NCBI RefSeq assembly: GCF_018350175.1
Contig: NC_058368.1
Location: forward strand, 34,288,001 to 34,352,000
Source of the DNA: Felis catus
Lineage: Eukaryota
Direction of reading: 5' to 3'
Length of the DNA: 64,000 bases
Positions 1 through 12,631 of this stretch are shown here, piece by piece; positions within the stretch are counted from its first letter, which is position 1, and each line of letters starts with the position of its first letter. The translations under genes were made by a program, and so were the position numbers. A model generated the notes under the pieces. That model saw only the letters and a list, made by a program, of their open reading frames with translations, was not told the DNA's origin and searched no databases.

Positions 1-1825
1 GACACTTCAAACATCCTCATCATTTAAAAAACTGAGCCTGTGACTGAGTTTGTGACCTTTACAGTTGAAATAGAAAAAAAAAATCAAGCATTTTTCCAGG
101 AAAGCATAAAGAATGTCCTTGGGGTGCTAGCCAACATTCTACCTTTCAACAAAATGGGCTCTAATATCCCAAGGCAAACTCTCATAGAGTACTCACCTAA
201 CAGCTTCAGAATTACCCAGACTGATATTTACCTCCATTATAGAGCACTTTAGGGGGGTGCCTGTGCCATGAAATATACACTATAAAACCATACTCTCATC
301 TCTTCACTGTGTGCAACTCAGTGATAACTGGACTGTTAAGAAGAAAACATTTTGTGTGGTTTCTGACTAACCCTTCTCAGTAGTTTCTGTGCTGTTTCAA
401 AGTAATTTAACTCTGGGGAGGGAGCAGAAGCAACAATCATCAGGCTAGGATCAGAATTAATAGGGTCTGTATTGATCAGACATAGCTCTTCACTTGAGTT
501 CTGCCCAGAGTTGAATGTAACGTTTCTTCACTTCTACCTTTGATTGTCTTTGGGGACCATCACTGAAAGATGTGTAAGTTACAAAGTGTTAGTCATCTCA
601 TTCAGACCATTAAAAAGGGCAGAACAGTGTGTTAGGTAATTGAACTGCACTGTGTGCACTGTCCATGTTTAGATGCTGTTTTTAAAATTCTTGAGGAATA
701 ATAATAAAAAAAAGCGTGAAGTAGAAAAAAATGAAAGACATAACAACTTATCATTTATTATCTATGCTTACAATAGTGTTCGCTATTTTACTTTTGTTTA
801 TTTCCAAATACAGTCACAAAAATAATAAATTGAGCCTCTTAGTTATAAATCTGCAATACTAATAATTGTTGTTTTTAAAAAAAAAATCATTTATCACTTT
901 TTTCATGCTTTCCTCACTCAACAGAAGATTTGCATATACCATTTTATAACAATGTTTATGTATATTTGTAAAATCAGTTGTACTATATATTATACTTCGT
1001 GGCTTAGTTTTTAATTGAATGTTTATTTTCACATCTGACAATATACTTGTATAAGAAAACAAAGTATCATTCATTGCTTTTATGTTTTCTCTCATGTGAT
1101 TTTTTCCCAATCTTTGAATAAGAATTTACTATTGGTAATTAGATTTGGATGAATAATGTTCAGATGAAAGCAAGAAATTTTATAGAGTGGAGAAAAAATA
1201 ATAAGCAAAAATACAAGACAAGAAAGAATACAAACATATGCAGAGTAGTAGCTCAGTATGGGATCGAAAACAAAAATTTCATTCAAGCCTTAATCTACTT
1301 AATAATGGTAGTAATTTCCCTTGGGGTAGATCGAGAGTCCCATCTCCATCCTCAACATGACATGGTGATGTTCCTTTGATTAAGTTTATAAATGCTTACA
1401 TTTTCATTTGGTTTATTTGTTAAATATATTAACGTGTAATTGAAAATAGTTTAGTCCATACTGTACTATGTTTGCTGGTTTAGAATATGTATCTATGTCA
1501 TTAAGGTAAATGCATATGACACTTAAACCAATAAAAGTAAAAAAGAATTTAGAATGCACAAAATTCACTGTTTTATACATATAATACCAAGAAATTGACT
1601 TCACAAATTTCCCTTCTATTCCAATGAATTCCTCTCAGTGAAATCATCTTTCTAAATTTGCTGATTTTACTAATCAGCATAGCATTCTTATATGCAACCC
1701 TTACCCCACGTTCTTAATGTATCTTGAATTTTTCTTTCACATTTATGTGTTTATTTCCTGCCTATGGTTGACATTAGTAAGTGAATACAATAATTGATAA
1801 AGAAATGTTAATATTAATGATATTT

Positions 1826-2036
1826 GGGGCGCCTGGGTGGCTCAGTTGGTTGAGCGCCAGACTTCAGCCCAGGTCGTGATCTTGCGGTTCACGACGTTGA
1901 GCCCCACATTGGGCTCTGAGCTGACAGCTCAGACCCTGGAGCCTACTTCAGATTCTGTGTCTCCCTTTCCCTCTGTCCCTCTCTAGCTCATGCTCTGTTT
2001 CTCCATCTATCAAAAAAATTAAAAAAAAAACATTTG
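1826..2036 (+). mobile_element. Can-SINE (felid SINEC type)
   Basis: GGGGCGCCTGGGTGGCTCAG head, CT-rich region, A tail; 15-bp TSD ATATTAATGATATTT at 1811-1825 and 2037-2051. Confidence 0.95.
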
Positions 2037-2685
2037 ATATTAATGATATTTATGGGAGGTGGGTCACGGGAGATCTCTCAGGCAAGGTGATCTACTAAAT
2101 GCTTACTCATGACATGGCATTCTCCCCCCTACCGTTTTTCTCTCCATGATCATTTCCACACTGTCTTCCTTTTGGATCTTCCTGGAAAATGATTATTCTT
2201 CTATGGAAGTAGATAAATCTTTTAATTACATTTTATTTTTTTAATAGGAACTGCTGACAAGTGAAATGCACAATATCTTTGAAGGGACATGTCCCTTTCT
2301 GTGGGAAAAAAAAAAAAGATGACTCTAACAACAGTGGGCACATACTATTCCCTGTGTCCTATTCCTCTCCTATAGAACTACATTATATTTCAATTTGTTC
2401 CTAGACACACATGGGAGTTATAAAGTCATACAAGGACATGTCTTGATTTGTAACTTACAAAGTTGACATTATGTTAAAAATATCCATGTAATTCATATAA
2501 TAAAAAAAAGATAGAATACACTGCATTTGCTAAAAGGTGTTATTCATATCTCTATATGGTCACTTCTCTGGGAAGTTAGTTATATATTGTGAGAATAGCA
2601 CAATTATCTCTATTTTTATTCATGTAAGGGAAAAACAATTTTGTCCCTGATTTCATTTTTCAATAAGTCAAAAATTAAAAAAAAA

Positions 2686-2878
2686 TAAGTTTATTTATTT
2701 TTTAGAGAAAGAGAGAGAGAGCATGAGCTGGGGAGGGATAGAACAGGGAGAGAGAGAATCCCAAGAAGGCTCCACACTCTGTGCAAATCCTAGCATGGGG
2801 CTTGATCCCATGACCATGAGATCATGGCCTGAGCCAAAATCAAGAATAGGGAGTTTAATTGAGCCACCTAGGTGTCCC
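2686..2878 (-). mobile_element. Can-SINE, older and diverged
   Basis: Reverse-complement SINE: TTTATTTATTT tail, (GA)n, ends GAGCCACCTAGGTGTCCC. Confidence 0.9.
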
Positions 2879-3614
2879 TCACCTCAATTTTTTTAATGAC
2901 ATAATATAGTCAGCACATGCTGAGGATAATTCTTCTGATAATCTATAATAAATCAGTGAGTATATATTATAAATACTTATCATACACAAACATACCATAT
3001 TTACAAATATAATTCATTCTTCCTATGGTTTTAAAAGATTTAATTTTTTCTCAACAACCTTCTTGCTTATTACTCTAAATCCCTTATTGGTCTACTGCCA
3101 CTCGAATTTACTCTTACACTTATCCCCTCCCCCACCAATTTAAATTCTCCATTCCAAGGATTACTTATCTTCTGTTAGTTCAGTAACAATCAAACCCCTA
3201 ATCCAAAGAATGAGTAGGGATAAAATAAAATTAGAATGACAGATTGGAGCTAAGATATAAAAGTTGTCGGAAGACACATTTCTTAAGCACAACGAGAAAA
3301 ATGAGTTTTGGTGATGTATTGAACTTCTAGTTTAAGGGGGGTTGTTTCAGCTATGGGGAGAATAAATATAAAGGAGAAAAACTGATAAAAGAGACAAAGG
3401 TTAGTTTAGCAATTTGAGTCAAAGTTGATTCTCACATGATGTAATGATATGGCAGTAGTCCTAGACCACAGGCATGGATTTATGAAATTTTATGGGGGGA
3501 AGAGAGAGGGGGAGAAGTAATTGATGACCGGTAGGTTTCCATCTTGATAACTGCATGGATGATGATAGTGCACTCAGTGTTAGGAACTGAAGGAAAAAAG
3601 CTTATATTTGGAAG

Positions 3615-4105
3615 GGTTACATCTTATTTGGAGTTCCTTGAGAAACAGATGCTGAGGAAATGATTCAAATTGTAGTAGTTTATTTGGAAGAGGGTTGTAG
3701 AAAATAGTGGTAGGGGAGGAGAGTAAAAGAGGGAACAGAACACAAAATGCAGGATTTTTTACCTAGTAAGTTGCCAGTGGAATTACTAGATCTGGTTTCC
3801 AGTGGAAAACTTGAGTCTGACCCACTGAAACATTTTGATGTCCCTCATGTGCAAAACATGCTCACCAGCATTCTCTCAACTTTAAGAAAAAGATATTTAT
3901 AAACCATATAGCTAAGATATATATAGAAGAAGACTTCTCCCAAAGGATGCTAATTCCTTCCACTTCTGGCCTATATGCAGGTGTAAAAAGGGGCCTTGTC
4001 CCCCAGAGAAAGCTCTGTCCTGGCAGCTGGAATTGGAGCCAACTTGTCCTGAAGAGGACGGGGTGAGAAGATATGTGTGAGGCAACGATGGCATCTGCAC
4101 CCAGC
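3615..4105 (-). mobile_element. Ancient ERVL-class solo LTR (LTR33/LTR16-like), diverged
   Basis: GAGTTCCTTGAGAAACAGATGCTGAG...GTAGTTTATTTGG start and GGCAACGATGGCATCTGCA end resemble the reverse strand of recalled LTR33-group consensus. Confidence 0.5.
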
Positions 4106-4173
4106 AAGAAAGCAACTTAAAGTTTGATTTTGCCAAATGTAACATACAAGGTTTTTTAAAACTTTTACATAAT

Positions 4174-4336
4174 GGGGTGCCTGGGTGGCTCAGTTGATTG
4201 AGCATCCGATTTCGGCTCAGGTCAGGATCTCACGGTTCGTGAGTTCAAGCCCCATGCTGGGCTCTGTGCTGACAGCTCAGAGCCTGGAGCCTGCTTTGGA
4301 TTCTGTCTCCCTCTCTCTCTGCCCCTCCCCCACTCA

Positions 4337-4380
<44 letters not shown>

Positions 4381-4405
4381 AGTAAATAAACATTAATTTT
4401 TTTTT
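4174..4405 (+). mobile_element. Can-SINE
   Basis: Full head, (CT)n tract, AATAAA tail; TTTTACAT repeated on both flanks. Confidence 0.95.
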
Positions 4406-4599
4406 AAGTTTTACATGATATACCTTATATTATTTCTCTCACAAATTGTAGCGTTTTTTGTATAAGCCATTGATCTTTTTTTTTTTTCAAATTAAATTAC
4501 CAAGAAATAAGGGATTTCATAAACCTCTCAGTTTAACAATTACTCTATGGCAACATTTTCTAATAAGGTTAAGTTAATTGTTAATATAATCATGGGAAA

Positions 4600-5040
4600 T
4601 CTTTTTCAGCAAATATTTGTTCAGGGCTTACAACATGCAAGGTGCCACTTTTTCCATGTCTATAATATTGCATGACATGTAATAGGTACTTAAGAAGTAT
4701 TTGTGGAATGTATGATGAATGAATATACTTGACTTGGTGATACAGGGAAAAGCTTAAATGAAATAGCCAAGGAAATTACTTCTGCAGCAATTCATTCCTT
4801 GATAAAAGTCCATGCACAAGTGTTTATTGAGCATCTACAATTTATCTTTTAAGACCCAGGAGACCACGGTGAACAAGATGAATTTCTTGCACACGTGAAG
4901 TGTATGTGTTAGGGGGAGACAGAAAAGAAATTTTTTTAATTTTTATTTTTTTAAATTAAATTAACATTTATTTTTTTTTTAAATGCTAAGTGTCATCACT
5001 ATACATAACATGAATTTAATATTGAGAGACTGTGTTAAAG
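4600..5040. mobile_element. L2 LINE 3' fragments
   Basis: AAATATTTGTT..., TGAATGAAT and TTCATTC...TTTATTGAGCATCTAC motifs typical of L2 3' ends. Confidence 0.5.
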
Positions 5041-5049
5041 AATGACTGG

Positions 5050-5402
5050 TGTTATGGTCTAAATGTTGGTGACCCTTCCCCGCCTCCCCCCAAATACTAT
5101 GTTGAAATCCTAACCTCCAAAGTCATTAGGCGGTGGGGCCTTTGTGAGGTGCTTACGTCATGAGGGTGGAGCCCTCGTGAAGGAGACGGGTGCTCTTATA
5201 AGAGACTCCAGAGAGATCTCTAACTCTTTCTGCCCTGTGCAAATACAGCAAGAAGTCTATGACCCAGAAGAGGCCTCTCATCCAACCATGCCAGGACCTC
5301 GATCTCAGACTTCCAGCCTCCCAAATTGTGGGCAATCAATTTCCGTTGTTTATAAGCCACCCAGTGTGGTGTTTTGTTACAGTAGCCGGAACAGATTAAG
5401 AA
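5050..5402 (+). mobile_element. MaLR solo LTR (MLT1A-like)
   Basis: TGTTATGGTCTAAATGTT...TATGTTGAAATCCTAACC...GGTGGGGCCTTTG...GACTTCCAGCCTCC...GTTGTTTATAAGCCACCCAGT, characteristic of MLT1. Confidence 0.85.
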
Positions 5403-5831
5403 AATTGAGTAGGGAGATTAAGTATGCAGCTTCAGAGAAGGCCTAACTGAAAAAGTGACATGTGGAGAATAGAAAAAGCAAGACAACAAAAAAAGAAGGG
5501 AATGAAATTGAAATTACCTTTTGGTAGCTAGTAAAAGTCATTTTCATTAAAATATCAGAGGCAATCCTATAGGTAGGTATTCCAAGAAAGAACAAAGTGA
5601 TGAGACATTAAAGGGGAATGTTTAGTAGTGATAGAGATACCAAAACAGTATATTAGGAGCAACTCTGAGAACTGATCACTTTTTTTGAAGCCCAACTTTT
5701 TACCTTTTCTTACTTTGTATGGTCTGAAGAAATAGGATTTAAATGTGCACATTCAAATCTTTATAGATCAATTTATCTTATATTTAACAAATAGTTTAGT
5801 AGTTGCTAGATCAGCATTAAATACTAATTAT

Positions 5832-6408
5832 TGTTGAGATAGGGAAACAGAAGGGCTCCGTAAAAAACCTACTTTTTGCTCCTTTATCTGCTTCTATTCT
5901 TGCTAGGGCCCGCACCCCCACCTTACGCGTGCCTCAGAATGCAAACAGCATTTGTCCTCCTTATAGAGGTCAAGGAGTTAATGATGTCTCTAGAATAGAT
6001 AACATCTAAGGAAGGACCAGATGAGAATGACCAGACAAAACTATCGAATGCATATTCCAAACCACCAGCGCTTAGACATCTCAACACCAAGACCCCTTGG
6101 CTCTAAGGAATAACACCTGGGCCCTTGTCTTTATCCTAACCAGTTCCTGGATGCCTATGCCTGAGGGGACATGTACACCAGGCCATTGTCCTCCATTAAA
6201 CCCTCCTGTCTGAACAAAGACAAGACTCCTTCCTTTCCTAAGGCCCCCGCACACTACATCTGTATCTTTTCTCTATATATGGGCAATAAACTCTGCTTTC
6301 ACTTCCTGCTGGCTTGTGTTTGATTTCTATCCTGCAGGAAGCCAGGGACCCTCTTGGCTGGTCCTGCAGGACCCCCTCTGGGTCCCTGGACCCAGCCTGC
6401 TGGCATCA
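5832..6408 (+). mobile_element. Solo LTR of an endogenous retrovirus (ERV1-like, probably carnivore-specific)
   Basis: TG...CA ends, ~577 bp, GC-richer than flanks, CTATATATGGGCAATAAAC (TATA followed by polyA signal) at ~6272-6291. Confidence 0.7.
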
Positions 6409-8395
6409 TTGCTATTAAATATTGGCCATACCTGCAATCTATAACAAAGACAGCTTCCTGCTAGAGGAAGGAAGAGGGAAATTAGATGTCATTATTTTCT
6501 TGTTTGATTTCTCAAAGGATTCTTCAGGACATAAAGAAGAAATGGGAAGGAAAATACAAAGCCACAGATAAAATGATGAGTCATTTAATAGGAACAGATA
6601 CTGGAGAGGAAGTCTAGGCACCCACAAGGAGTGACAGTGGAATGGGGAGCATAGAGAAAAGGCAGAGTAGGTGCTGTAGATGGAGAGTTGTGAAGAGAAG
6701 TGCATTCAGAACACTAAAATTAGGAAAGCAGAAAAATTAGTCATTGCAGCCAGAGGCCACTGATAAATCTATAGCTTGCAGCCCTGGTGATCATTTACTT
6801 GATTTGAGAGGTAAATTTGCACAGGCAGCTTCACATGACCTTTGTGAAACAGACATCCAGTCTCCTTAGCAGGATCTCTGAAATTATTGTTTAGCGACAA
6901 TTCTGGGGGCTGTCTCTGATCCTAATTACTAGCACACATCACAAACAAATTTTACTGATTATATGGAATGTGAAAAACGTCACCCCTCCTTCAATGAACT
7001 GTGGTGACAAGTTCCTGCCCAAGGGGACTCAGAGTCTTACTGCCCAGGAAAAGCTCTTTGCCAAGCTGTTTGGAGGGAGTTTGTACAACAAAACATCTAT
7101 CTGCCCTTTGACTGATTTAAGGCTGTGTGAGCATTCTATTTACCTAATATATGAGAAAAAATGTGTAAGGGAAACCTGTGTAAATTGAATTGGAGTTCAA
7201 ACCAAGATGTAGTTGTCAGTTATAATAAGACTGAGTGCTATGTGACCTTAGCTCGCAGCAATAAGCAGATTTAACAGTGATTCTAGAAGAGGGATGAAAA
7301 AAACAAATCATTATCTTTCACAAATATCAGCTCATAACATTAGCGCAGATCAAGATCTTTAAATAGCATAGGCAAAAGATGCATTTTAATAAATACTGCT
7401 CTACCATGATCTTTGTAGGCATGGATGTTGATTGACAACTAAATAGCAAGCATATTATCTAGCGCATTGCCTTATTTTACCACATCGGGAAAAGATAGAA
7501 AGTGTGGCATTAAATTTGTTCAAAAACAGGAAAATAAAGCAGAAAAGTATGTCATTCAGAAATAAATTGCTGGTAATCTGAAGTTTATCTTTTTTTTTTT
7601 CCCCTTCGGATTTTTTTCCCTAAATCCCCAAAAGAAGACCTTGCTGCTTTTTCCAGCCCCAGGATGATTTGTCATTAGTTCCAATCCAAACATCAAATGA
7701 AGGACACCAAATTCCAGCAGTCAGCAAGGCTACCGAGAAATTTAATGTAGTATTGGCAGAGCTGAGAGGGAACTTCATTAGCTGCTATGGAAAACTGTGA
7801 TTTCATTTAAAAAAAAAAAAAAAACTCCCTGATCTGAATCACGGTGACCAAACACATCAAAAGCTCCCTTTATACCAAAAAGAAGAGAGTTGATTAAGAA
7901 TCTTAAAATAACTTATTTTTTTTAACTTGGGAGTTAAACATTTAGCCTGTAGATTTTTTTTAAATCACCAAAAAACAAAACCAAACAAAAAAGTCCAAAA
8001 AGCTACATTCATTCTTTGTTGAGTTTTAAAGAAATAACCGCAGGTTAAAATGTATATATATTCAGCAATAAAATTAAACATGAATAAGTTTCTTCTATTT
8101 TAAGCTATGATCTTCAACATTTATTGATTTTGTGCACCGCGTAATGAAAATGTAGAGGTTGGATTTTTCAGAATGAGTCAATGTTTAACAGGGAATAAAA
8201 GAAAAAAAAATATGACGTGGCATCAAATTTTCTAAGGAGTTTTTGCTATTTTGGGTCAGTTTTTACAAAATATTTCTCCAACAATGATGGTTTGCTGAGA
8301 TGAAAATAGCTAACGTGATGTGGCCAAATGTATAAAAAGCTCAGGGTATGTTCAGGTGTCTTTACAACACCATATTTTAAAAATTATCAGCTCTT

Positions 8396-8613
8396 GGGGC
8401 GCCTGGGTGGCGCAGTCGGTTAGGCGTCCGACTTCAGCCAGGTCACGATCTCGCGGTCCGTGAGTTCGAGCCCCGCGTCAGGCTCTGGGCTGATGGCTCG
8501 GAGCCTGGAGCCTGTTTCCGATTCTGTGTCTCCCTCTCTCTCTGCCCCTCCCCCGTTCATGCTCTGTCTCTCTCTGTCCCAAAAATAAATAAAAACGTTG
8601 AAAAAAAATTAAA
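8396..8613 (+). mobile_element. Very young felid SINE
   Basis: CpG-intact body; perfect TSD AAAAATTATCAGCTCTT at 8379-8395 and 8614-8630. Confidence 0.97.
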
Positions 8614-10269
8614 AAAAATTATCAGCTCTTATTAAATTTATCACACTTTCGGTGCACTACCTGAATCTTACAAGTAGAAAAATCTATTTCACAAAGTTCT
8701 TTCAAAGAAATTATTTTTCCCGTGTGGAATTAAGGGGTCTACAAAAGAAACAGAGTTGATAGTATCTATAAGCAATACCAGCAAGATAAAATCATACTTA
8801 TTTCTACTTAGTATCTGATTAAGTGAAACATTCTTATTTCCTAAAGATAATAGGCTATATTTTGGAGTTCAGATGTTGGAACACATCCCATATTCTAGTA
8901 ATTCCAGCATTTATTATTAAACAAAAATAGTACAAGTTAATTATATGAATGAAAGCAAATGTTTTAAAAACCAAATATATGCTTTCGAAGGAATTTTCAG
9001 CATAGGCTACAAAGAAAGATATTCAAAAAAAATCAGTTTAATAAAATCTCTACTGGGGAAAAGACTTTATTTCTTCAAGGGTATTAAATTTATATTTAAT
9101 ATTAGAGGCATTGTCTGGGAAATTTTTCACAGAATATATGTGTTTGAATGTCTTAAAAGATTTTGATTGATGAATGCTGGAGGTGACTTTCCCTGAGAGA
9201 TGTTATACATCTGTCTCAAACAATAGCCTTTCTCTTCATTACTTCAGCATATATTTCTGGAAAATTCTTAGATGTTTTACTGGTGATTTCAGCTTTCATC
9301 TGAGGCTTGATGATATGTCTACCAGTTGTCTTTCCATTCACAGATTTGCCATCAGTTTTCTTGTCACCATTAGCTGAACTTGCTCTAGTGACAATCTGCA
9401 TGATAAGGTATGGGCAATAATGTCACCATTGGCTGCAGCAGTCAGGAAATTGTAAGCATAAGATAGGGTCACAACTGTGGGATTCATCATTACGGGAAGG
9501 CTTCAAACCACTGGGAGTAGCAAGCCAGTACATTGGTAATAGATTTCCTCTACTATAGAGAAATTTGAATTCAGGAAAAAATATTTCCTAAGAAATAATC
9601 AAATTTCCTAGTACATTTATTTTTCCAAATTGAATTTTGTTTACCTTTTTCATTTCTATTTTACTTTGTCATATGTAAAATCAAGTCACTTATTTCTCGT
9701 AAAGAATATTTATCTTTAAAAGCTGGCACTGTCCCATCCCTACCCCCAGGCTTGATTAGTAGGATATTGTGCTAGAAAGAGCAAGATAGGTAAAACCAAA
9801 CTGGATGTATTGATTTTCCCTGACTCTATACTTTCTTGATACCCTGAGAGATACTTATAGTTGCTGAGTGGTGATATCAAGTAACTTTATAATTTTATTC
9901 CCCCCCCCCCATGCAATTGTACCATTTAATGGTAGACAGGCATGTATTTTCCAAATTGGACGGGAATGCTGTTTTCATTCACTAATCATAATAGGATTGC
10001 ATTATTTTTAACACCGTTTAGAATATCTGTTCTTTATGATATCTCACTTGATTCATAGCACAATCACCCGTCTCCCACCTTATTTCAACTTCAGGTAATG
10101 TGCCAAGGGAAGAATCGGATATACAATGATAAATCTGTATTGGGGGTAATGTCAGTTGTGAGAAAAACTTGAGACACAATTATCATTTTCCTCCTGGATT
10201 TCTCTCTCTTTTATTGTCTTTTAATGCATCTTGTTTTGCATTTTGATTTTGCCTTATGGTAATTCTCTG

Positions 10270-10600
10270 TGTTGGAAAGTTCCTTGGAACAAGAGTGAGC
10301 ATTAAGAAACATGATTCATGGCATTGTCTGAGAAGATCTATCTTTTGCCTTAACTTAGAAGAGAAGAGGAGGGAGTAAAGTAGTCAGTGTGAATTTATGT
10401 ACAGGAGAGATATTGGGTGTTTGCTGTAGAAAATCAAGCCAGGATTCAGCACACATTTGACTGAAGTACTCTTATGATAATCTCTCAGGAAGGAGAGCAA
10501 AGTGGTTGGCAGCTGGATGGGCAGCTGAAGGCAAGGAAGCTATAACTCTGGCAAAGCCCAGAGGATGTGAATGCAGCATCTGAAAAATCTATAATATCTT
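10270..10600 (-). mobile_element. Possible ancient ERVL-class LTR remnant
   Basis: AGTTCCTTGGAACAAGAG start and GGATGTGAATGCAGCATCTG end parallel the 3615-4105 element. Confidence 0.3.
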
Positions 10601-11683
10601 CATAGTTGGCAGTACAGACCCCAAATCGGAACATTAGTATCATCTTCAGTTTAGAGGGAAAAAATAGTATAGCTACAATAACATGAACCAGGGTCTATCT
10701 GTGACCCAAACTCAAGTTTCTTTCCCATATAATGAGCTCAAAAGGGAGGCACGAAACGCAGTTTTACACACAAACACACCCAGACACACATACACACTGA
10801 GTGAGAAGAAAAGTATTCTATAATTCTGAGAAATGTTTTTAAAACACAGGTCAAAGCAGGGGGGAAGGAATGTGATGGTGGTTTCATAGGCATACTTGAC
10901 ATAACTTACAAACTTTGTACTCATGCAGACAAGTGTTTTCCGGAATCCCTCTGGGTTTTCTAGCGGTATCACAGTATCCTCTACTAGTACACTTCACATT
11001 ATCCCTAAACAAGGTCCTCCTTGTTTTCTAAATCAGGCGCCAATAATGCCATCTTCTATGTTGCCATTCCCCTCTTCTTACTGCATTTCACAATCATATA
11101 AAATTGGCCTTAATTCTTTGCAAGAACCATGCAGGTAAAATTTAAAATCACTCTCATCTCAATGTTTGTGCTTAGGCTGCTTTGAAATGTTCACGTCTCT
11201 GCATTGCTTCTCCTTGGTACATAATTCTTACTCTGTTTTCAGATTCGGTTCTTACACATCTCTCTCCAGGAAACCTTCCTTGAACTCTTCTCCTAGAATT
11301 GGAGGTACCTTTTTTCCTTTGTACTTCCAAATATGCTGTTTTCTCTATGTCCTCACATATTTATTGCTGTGCATGCCTCGTGTGTCTGTATGACTGTCTA
11401 TCTTGGTGTTCTAGTGATCGTTGACTTCATTTAGCCTACATTATACTCAACTTTCTGGTTTCGAAAACTAGAAGAACACCTCCATTTAAGAGATCCTCAA
11501 TAAATAATTGTTGAATGAATGAACAGTGTGGGATTAAATGGTATGAGAAATCAGGTAACTTCTCACTAACAAATTTGTACTTAGAATTCATCAGGGAATT
11601 TTTCATTTATTTAAGCTAAAGGAAGATAATAATCAGAAATTGAGTCATGTATAGTTCATTTCTTTAAAAATGCTAGTTACATT

Positions 11684-11915
11684 GGGGCACCTGGGTGGCT
11701 CAGTCAGTCGAGTGTCCAACTTTGGCTTAGGTCATGATCTCACGGTTTGTGAGTTCGAGCCCCACATCAGGCTCTGTGCTGATGGCTCAGAGCCTGGAGC
11801 CTGCTTTGGATTCTGTATCTCTCCCTGTCTCTGCCCCTCCCATGCTCATGCTCTGTCTGTCTCTGTCTCTCAATAATAAATAAATGTTTAAAAAAAATTT
11901 TTAATTAAAAAAAAA
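11684..11915 (+). mobile_element. Can-SINE
   Basis: Full head and tail; TSD GCTAGTTACATT at 11672-11683 and 11916-11927. Confidence 0.95.
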
Positions 11916-12005
11916 GCTAGTTACATTCATTTCTCCTATAAATCATGTCTTTTCTGTTTAGGTGCATTCAGAGTATTCTGGTTGATTATGACCTACATTT
12001 TCTTT

Positions 12006-12631
12006 TGTCTCCTTTTTTTAGGTGTATAAACTATTTTTTTAAGTTTATTTATTTATTTTGAGAGACAGAGAGAGAGAAAGCAGCTGAGGAGCAGCAGAGA
12101 GTGGGGGAGACAGAGGATCTGAAGCAGGCTCCACACTAACATCAGAGAGCCCGATGTGGGGGGTCAAACTCAGGAACGTGACACCATGACCTGAGCCAAG
12201 GTCTGATGCTTAACCGACTGAGCCACCCGGGCACCCCTAAACTATTTTTTAACAATCAAAGCCTACAAATATATTTCTTCTTGGACACACCCACAGTGCA
12301 GCCACAGTGGCCTGTGGTCTTGTGTGCCAGCCTCCAACATGAAGTTTCAGAAGTGGTGAAGCATTTTGAGGGCCTGGGTCTTCTTCAGTCCCTCCAGGTC
12401 TTGGCAAAATTTGTTGTACAGACTGTTGGCCAGGACATGGCTGCATTTTTCCGTCCTTCACATTCTTTTGTCTGTTCAAGGACCAGTCTGGGCTTCTTCT
12501 ACCTTCATGGATTCTGCATAATGGCGGTCACACATTCCACCTCATCATCGGTGAGCTCTCCTGCCCTCTTGGTGATGTCAGAGTCTGTTTTCCTCAACAC
12601 CACAGGAGAGTACCTTCACTCCACACTCTTA
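12006..12631 (-). pseudogene. RPS18: Processed pseudogene of 40S ribosomal protein S18, 5'-truncated and disabled
   Basis: Minus-strand translation across frameshifts gives ...[36 protein letters not shown]...DWSLNRQKNVKDGK...HVLANSLYNKFCQDLEGLKK...TVGVSKKK, matching RPS18 from about residue 33 to the C-terminus; no introns, several stops, 3'UTR and A-tail remnant; 15-bp TSD ACCTACATTTTCTTT (11991-12005) and ACCTACTTTTTCTTT (12632-12646). Confidence 0.95.
12040..12237 (-). mobile_element. Can-SINE inserted in the 3'UTR of the RPS18 pseudogene
   Basis: Reverse SINE; TSD TAAACTATTTTTT at 12027-12039 and 12238-12250. Confidence 0.93.

Noticed and set aside
9344..9407. Possible 64-nt exon (TTCCATTCACAG acceptor, AAG/GTATGG donor)
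   Set aside because: Only one open frame, an unrecognisable peptide and no partner exons; such sites arise by chance
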